A DNA stretch of 64,000 nucleotides. Source: Octopus sinensis (Eukaryota). The stretch covers positions 108,872,001-108,936,000 of the forward strand of contig NC_042999.1 of assembly GCF_006345805.1 (NCBI RefSeq), written 5' to 3'. Below the pieces are notes generated by a model, which ran no database searches, was not told the DNA's origin, and saw only the letters and a program-made list of their open reading frames with translations. A program made the translations under genes and the position numbers. Shown piece after piece: positions 59,660-64,000 of the stretch (its first letter is position 1; each line of letters begins with the position of its first letter).

Positions 59660-60570
59660 AGAGTGTGTGTAGTAAGTAGCTTGCTTACTCACCACATAGT
59701 TCCGTGTTCAGTCCCAGTGTGGCACCTTGGGTAAGTATCTTCTACTATAGCTTCAGGCCGACCAAAGCCTTGTGAGTGGAATTGGCAGACGGAAACTAAA
59801 AGAAGCCCATCGTATATATATATATATATATATACACGTGTGTGTGTGTGTTTATATGTTTGCGTGTCTGTTTGTTTCCCCAACATCGGTTGACAACCGA
59901 TGCTGGAGTGTTTACGCCTTCGTAACTTAGCGGTTCGGCAAAAGAAGCCAATAGAATAAGTACTAGGCTTATAAAGAACTAGCAGTATCGCCCGGCGTTG
60001 CTCGGGTTTGTAAGGGAAATAACTATATAAGCATTTTTAGAGAGTTACTTCCTTTATAGATGCCAATTCGGGCTTTCTTAGCCATTTCTGTTTTGGTGTC
60101 TTCAAGCCATGAAGTCGTTGTTCTAAAAGAACGCTGGTCTCCTTGACAACGCTTTACGACGTTGATTTCCTTAAACTCCCTTCCCCACAGCTTCACGAGG
60201 GAGGGAAGAAGGGGGAGAAGCAAACACAGGTGCAGGTGTTTGAGCGTGAACGCCAACTCCGCCGCCATCGACACACGAAAAATTATGCATTAAAATGGAA
60301 TAAAAAATTATGTTAAATTATTTTTAAAATCGTAGACTCATCGTAGAAGCGCGCTAATAGCCAGACGGGCTCGATATTAGTCACGACAATAAGATACCCG
60401 AATTTGGTTAAACTGCACCGCAAAATGTGGGAGGAGTTAGGAATCTAAATCGTAGGAGACAGACATTCACACAACTACAGTTTTATATATATAGATAAGT
60501 CCTGGGGTCGATTTGCTCGACTAAAGGCGGTGCTCCAGCATGGCCGCAGTGAAATGACTGAAACAAGTAA
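59660..60570 (+). mobile_element. tRNA-derived SINE interrupted by a Helitron
   Basis: The SINE resumes exactly across the insertion: ggcttataaagaa | taagtcctggggtcg. Confidence 0.9.
59979..60495 (-). mobile_element. Non-autonomous Helitron, family A, copy 3
   Basis: TC...hairpin-CTAG on the minus strand, inserted at A|T without TSD. Confidence 0.95.
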
Positions 60571-61041
60571 AAGAATTGGCGCAGACATGACAGTGTGGTT
60601 AAGAAATTCGCTTCGCAACCACGTGGTTTCGGTTCAGTTCCACTGCGTGGACTCCTTGAATAAGTGTCTTCCACTCTATCTATCTCTCTTTTTCTCTTTC
60701 TCTGTATATAAATATATATACAGATCACACATCAGAAACAAAACAAAAAAAAAAAAAAGAATTACACAAAATTCCACTGTGTAAGCGTCTATAAATATGT
60801 GGAAACAGCTGATTCAAGAATTTTCCCTTCTACAAATGCCCAAAAGTTGAGCTCATAGTACCGGAAGGCAATGGAAATATATTTCATCAAAAGATTCTTA
60901 CCTAAATAAAACACATTAAAAAAAAAAAAAAAAAGCATGAGCATATGACATATCCTTCCTTAAAAGTTCTCATTACTGTTACTAAAATAATTGGGAAAAT
61001 TTGCTTAAACAACTAAGACACACAACACACACACACGCATA

Positions 61042-61552
61042 CTAGCAGTATCGCCCGGCGTTGCTCGGATTTGTAAGGGAAATAACTATATAAGCATTTT
61101 TAGAGAGTTACTTCCTTTATAGATGCCAATTCGGGCTTTCTTAGCCATTTCTGTTTTGGTGTCTTCAAGCCATGAAGTCGTTGTTCTAAAAGAACGCTGG
61201 TCTCCTTGACAACGCTTTACGACGTTGATTTCATTAAACTCCCTTCCCCACAGCTTCACGAGGGAGGGAAGAAGGGGGAGAAGCAAACACAGGTGCAGGT
61301 GTTTGAGCGTGGACGCCAACTCCGCCGCCATCGACACACGAAAAATTATGCATTAAAATGGAATAAAAAATTATGTTAAATTATTTTTAAAATCGTAGAC
61401 TCATCGTAGACGCGCGCTAATAGCCAGACGCGCTAGATATTAATCACGACTATAAGATACCCGGTTTTGGTTATACTGCACCGCAAAATGTGGGAGGAGT
61501 TAGGAATCTAAATCGAAGGGGACAGACACTCACACAACTACAGTTTTATAGA
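61042..61552 (-). mobile_element. Non-autonomous Helitron, family A, copy 4
   Basis: actagcagtatcgcccggcgttgctcgg ... cacacaactacagttttataga; near-identical to copy 3. Confidence 0.92.
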
Positions 61553-62329
61553 TATACAGATCACACATCAGAAACAAAACAAACAAAAAAAAAAAGAATT
61601 ACACAAAATTCCACTGTGTAAGCGTCTATAAATATGTGGAAACAGCTGATTCAAGAATTTTCCCTTCTACCTAAATAAAACACATTAAAAAAAAAAAAAA
61701 AGCATGAGCATATGACAAATCCTTCCTTAAAAGTTCTCATTACTGTTACTAAAATAATTGGGAAAATTTGCTTAAACAACTAAGACACACAACACACACA
61801 CACGCACACTCTCGCTTTCACACATACACACATTTAATGACTTTCTAAAACAATTTTGATAGGGTAATGTTTTCTACGGCTGGATAACATGGCAACTGCC
61901 CCCCCCCCCCAAAAAAAAAGAAAGACAAAAATACAATGACTAAAAGAAATGTGACCCCTTGAACTTCCATCAATTTCAACCATCTCAGAAAAGACCCATT
62001 CTCTTTCTTCCTTCTAACCGAGTCTCTAAAAATTGCCCCCCCCCCCATACACACACATAGAAGACAGATTTTCTCTAAAAAAAATCATCCCTAATGAATC
62101 TCTGAAATGAGATGAAAGAGCTAAAATTATCATCTAAAATTCTGACTAGCTTCCTTTTATTATTATATGTGTGCGCACGTGTGTATGTGTACCTATGTTT
62201 GTCCCGCACCACCGATTGACAACCGGCGTCGGTGTGTTTACATACCCGTAACTTAGTGGGTCGACAAATTTAACCGATGGAATAAGTACGAGGCTTAAAA
62301 GAGAAGTACTGGGAATCGACACACACACA

Positions 62330-62367
62330 CATATACGTACATTATATATATATATATATATAATATA

Positions 62368-62403
<36 letters not shown>

Positions 62404-62953
62404 GCATGGCATGTATACTTGCATATATACACACGCACGCACACACACACACACACATACACACACACACACACCAGTTTCTCTTCTTATTTACCTAAAA
62501 TTTTATGCTAATGACACTAACATCTGATCTCTTTTCTTTCACAAGTGACAGACTTAATTCGTTCATTTTGGATCAACAAATAATAAGATTAAAAAGTTAT
62601 CTGCTGAAATAAAAAAAAAGTTGCGTTGTTATTAAATGTCCATTACTCCATTCTAATAATTGTGTAGTGCAATCACGTCTAGATACAAAGTAGGTATTCG
62701 TTCACACAAGTCCTGTGTTAAACAGAATTATAATTCGTTGGACTATCTTTGAGAATTTATTCCCTTTAATCCCAAAGACACTGACATCAATCAAGAATTG
62801 ACTAAATAACCTCTCGTACATGTCTACAAACACACATACTTATGTGTATTTATGTATGACCGTACACTTTTTTATTTGTATGTGTACATGTATATGTGTG
62901 TATATACATGTGTATGTATGTATGTATGACCGTACACTTTTATTTCTGTGTAC

Positions 62954-63001
<48 letters not shown>

Positions 63002-63070
63002 ATGTATATACATGTGTGTGTGTGTATGTGTATATTCATTGATCTACATTGTTATATGTATGTACGTATA
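62330..63070. repeat. (TA)n/(CA)n/(TG)n microsatellite-rich block with short internal duplications
   Basis: Directly visible; gtatgaccgtacacttt and tattcattgatctaca each occur twice. Confidence 0.9.
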
Positions 63071-64000
63071 TGTGAACATATAGATGTGTTTATGTTGTGT
63101 ATTCATTGATCTACAGTTACTATTTTTTTGTTTAGATACAAAATTAGAGTCTATATAATCTTATGCAAACAATTGAAATATTTAAAATGGTTTTAAATGA
63201 CATCTTGACTATTCTTTATTATTTTTTTTGATTATTATTAATTTTTTTAATGTATATTTGTGCGAAAATAAATCTTTTAAACGTACAATCGTCTGCTTCA
63301 TTGATATTCTTCTGCGTGTCGAATGTCGGTTGATGAAAACTTATAAAAGCAACATTTGGTAAGTATTCACTTTAAATTAGATACTAGAAACAACAAAATA
63401 ATATTGATATTCCAAAACACTCCTTATATTGAAGATATTTCTACTGTATTTTTGTTAAAAACGTTTCAATTTTATTTTTGTATATCTTATTTCAAATTTC
63501 TTGTAAACTTAAAACGTTGCTGCAACACGGTTTGGGGATATAAAGTATTTTGTAAATAATATACTGTTATCTATTATTATTATTGTTGTGGTACTGTTTT
63601 TTTGACAAACGAAACGCTTAATCGGACAAAATTTTTTGAATTGGATGAAGATATCTATAATTTCATTAAAAAATGTTGACTGATTAAAACTCCATTTTTA
63701 TCACGCCGTGATAAGTCTGCAGATGAATATAGACAACTAAATCCCTTACACAACTAAACTGGTCAAGATACCAGTCATCTATACAGTTATAAAAAGTATT
63801 GACTCTTTAATTTTATCCGATAAAGCTATATTTACAGAAAAACACCCCAACAGTTTAATACAACATAAGCAAAAGTAATGTATTCTACGACATATTTCAA
63901 TATTTTGCGTATGAGCGTCATTGTTGTTGTTGTTTAACACCAGGCCAGTTCTGATTGTCCTGATCTGCGATCAAACAAGTTCCTGATTGGATCATCATTT

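Noticed and set aside
60023-60274. Recurrent 83-87-aa ORF (also 61086-61337 and 48399-48662)
   Set aside because: It recurs only because it lies inside copies of the same non-autonomous Helitron. It has no Rep/helicase motifs and is disrupted in copy 1.
63345-63365. Donor-like TTG|GTAAGT on the plus strand near the window end
   Set aside because: No supporting ORF, acceptor or promoter evidence within the window.

Overview
AT-rich animal genomic DNA, very probably from an octopus/coleoid cephalopod (inferred from the SINE families and the dense (TA)n/(CA)n microsatellites). It contains two convergent host genes. On +, the terminal coding exon of a TANC/rolling-pebbles-like TPR protein (3236-3545) ends in a PDZ-type motif, ETAL. 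On -, I assembled by hand a complete 7-exon mitochondrial ribosomal protein S11 gene (27623->10276, 207 aa, all splice phases consistent), most of which the ORF track misses. The rest is intronic or intergenic and full of transposable elements: tRNA-derived SINEs, RTE, CR1/L2, Hero/NeSL-like and CRE-like LINE pieces, a Penelope-like GIY-YIG fragment, Tigger, mariner, Merlin and MULE remnants, TTAA-flanked MITEs/foldbacks and four non-autonomous Helitrons. The most notable observations are: a minimal hammerhead ribozyme just behind the Penelope endonuclease plus a second decayed one on the opposite strand; a 1.9-kb composite Helitron carrying a mariner fragment; a nested foldback whose two arms record a CpG-methylation boundary at about 42-43 kb; a 75-bp-arm intronic hairpin; and two local duplications with readable mechanisms. 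No CRISPR array, rRNA or true tRNA gene was seen. All family assignments come from motif recognition, not database searches, and repeat boundaries are approximate unless termini are quoted.
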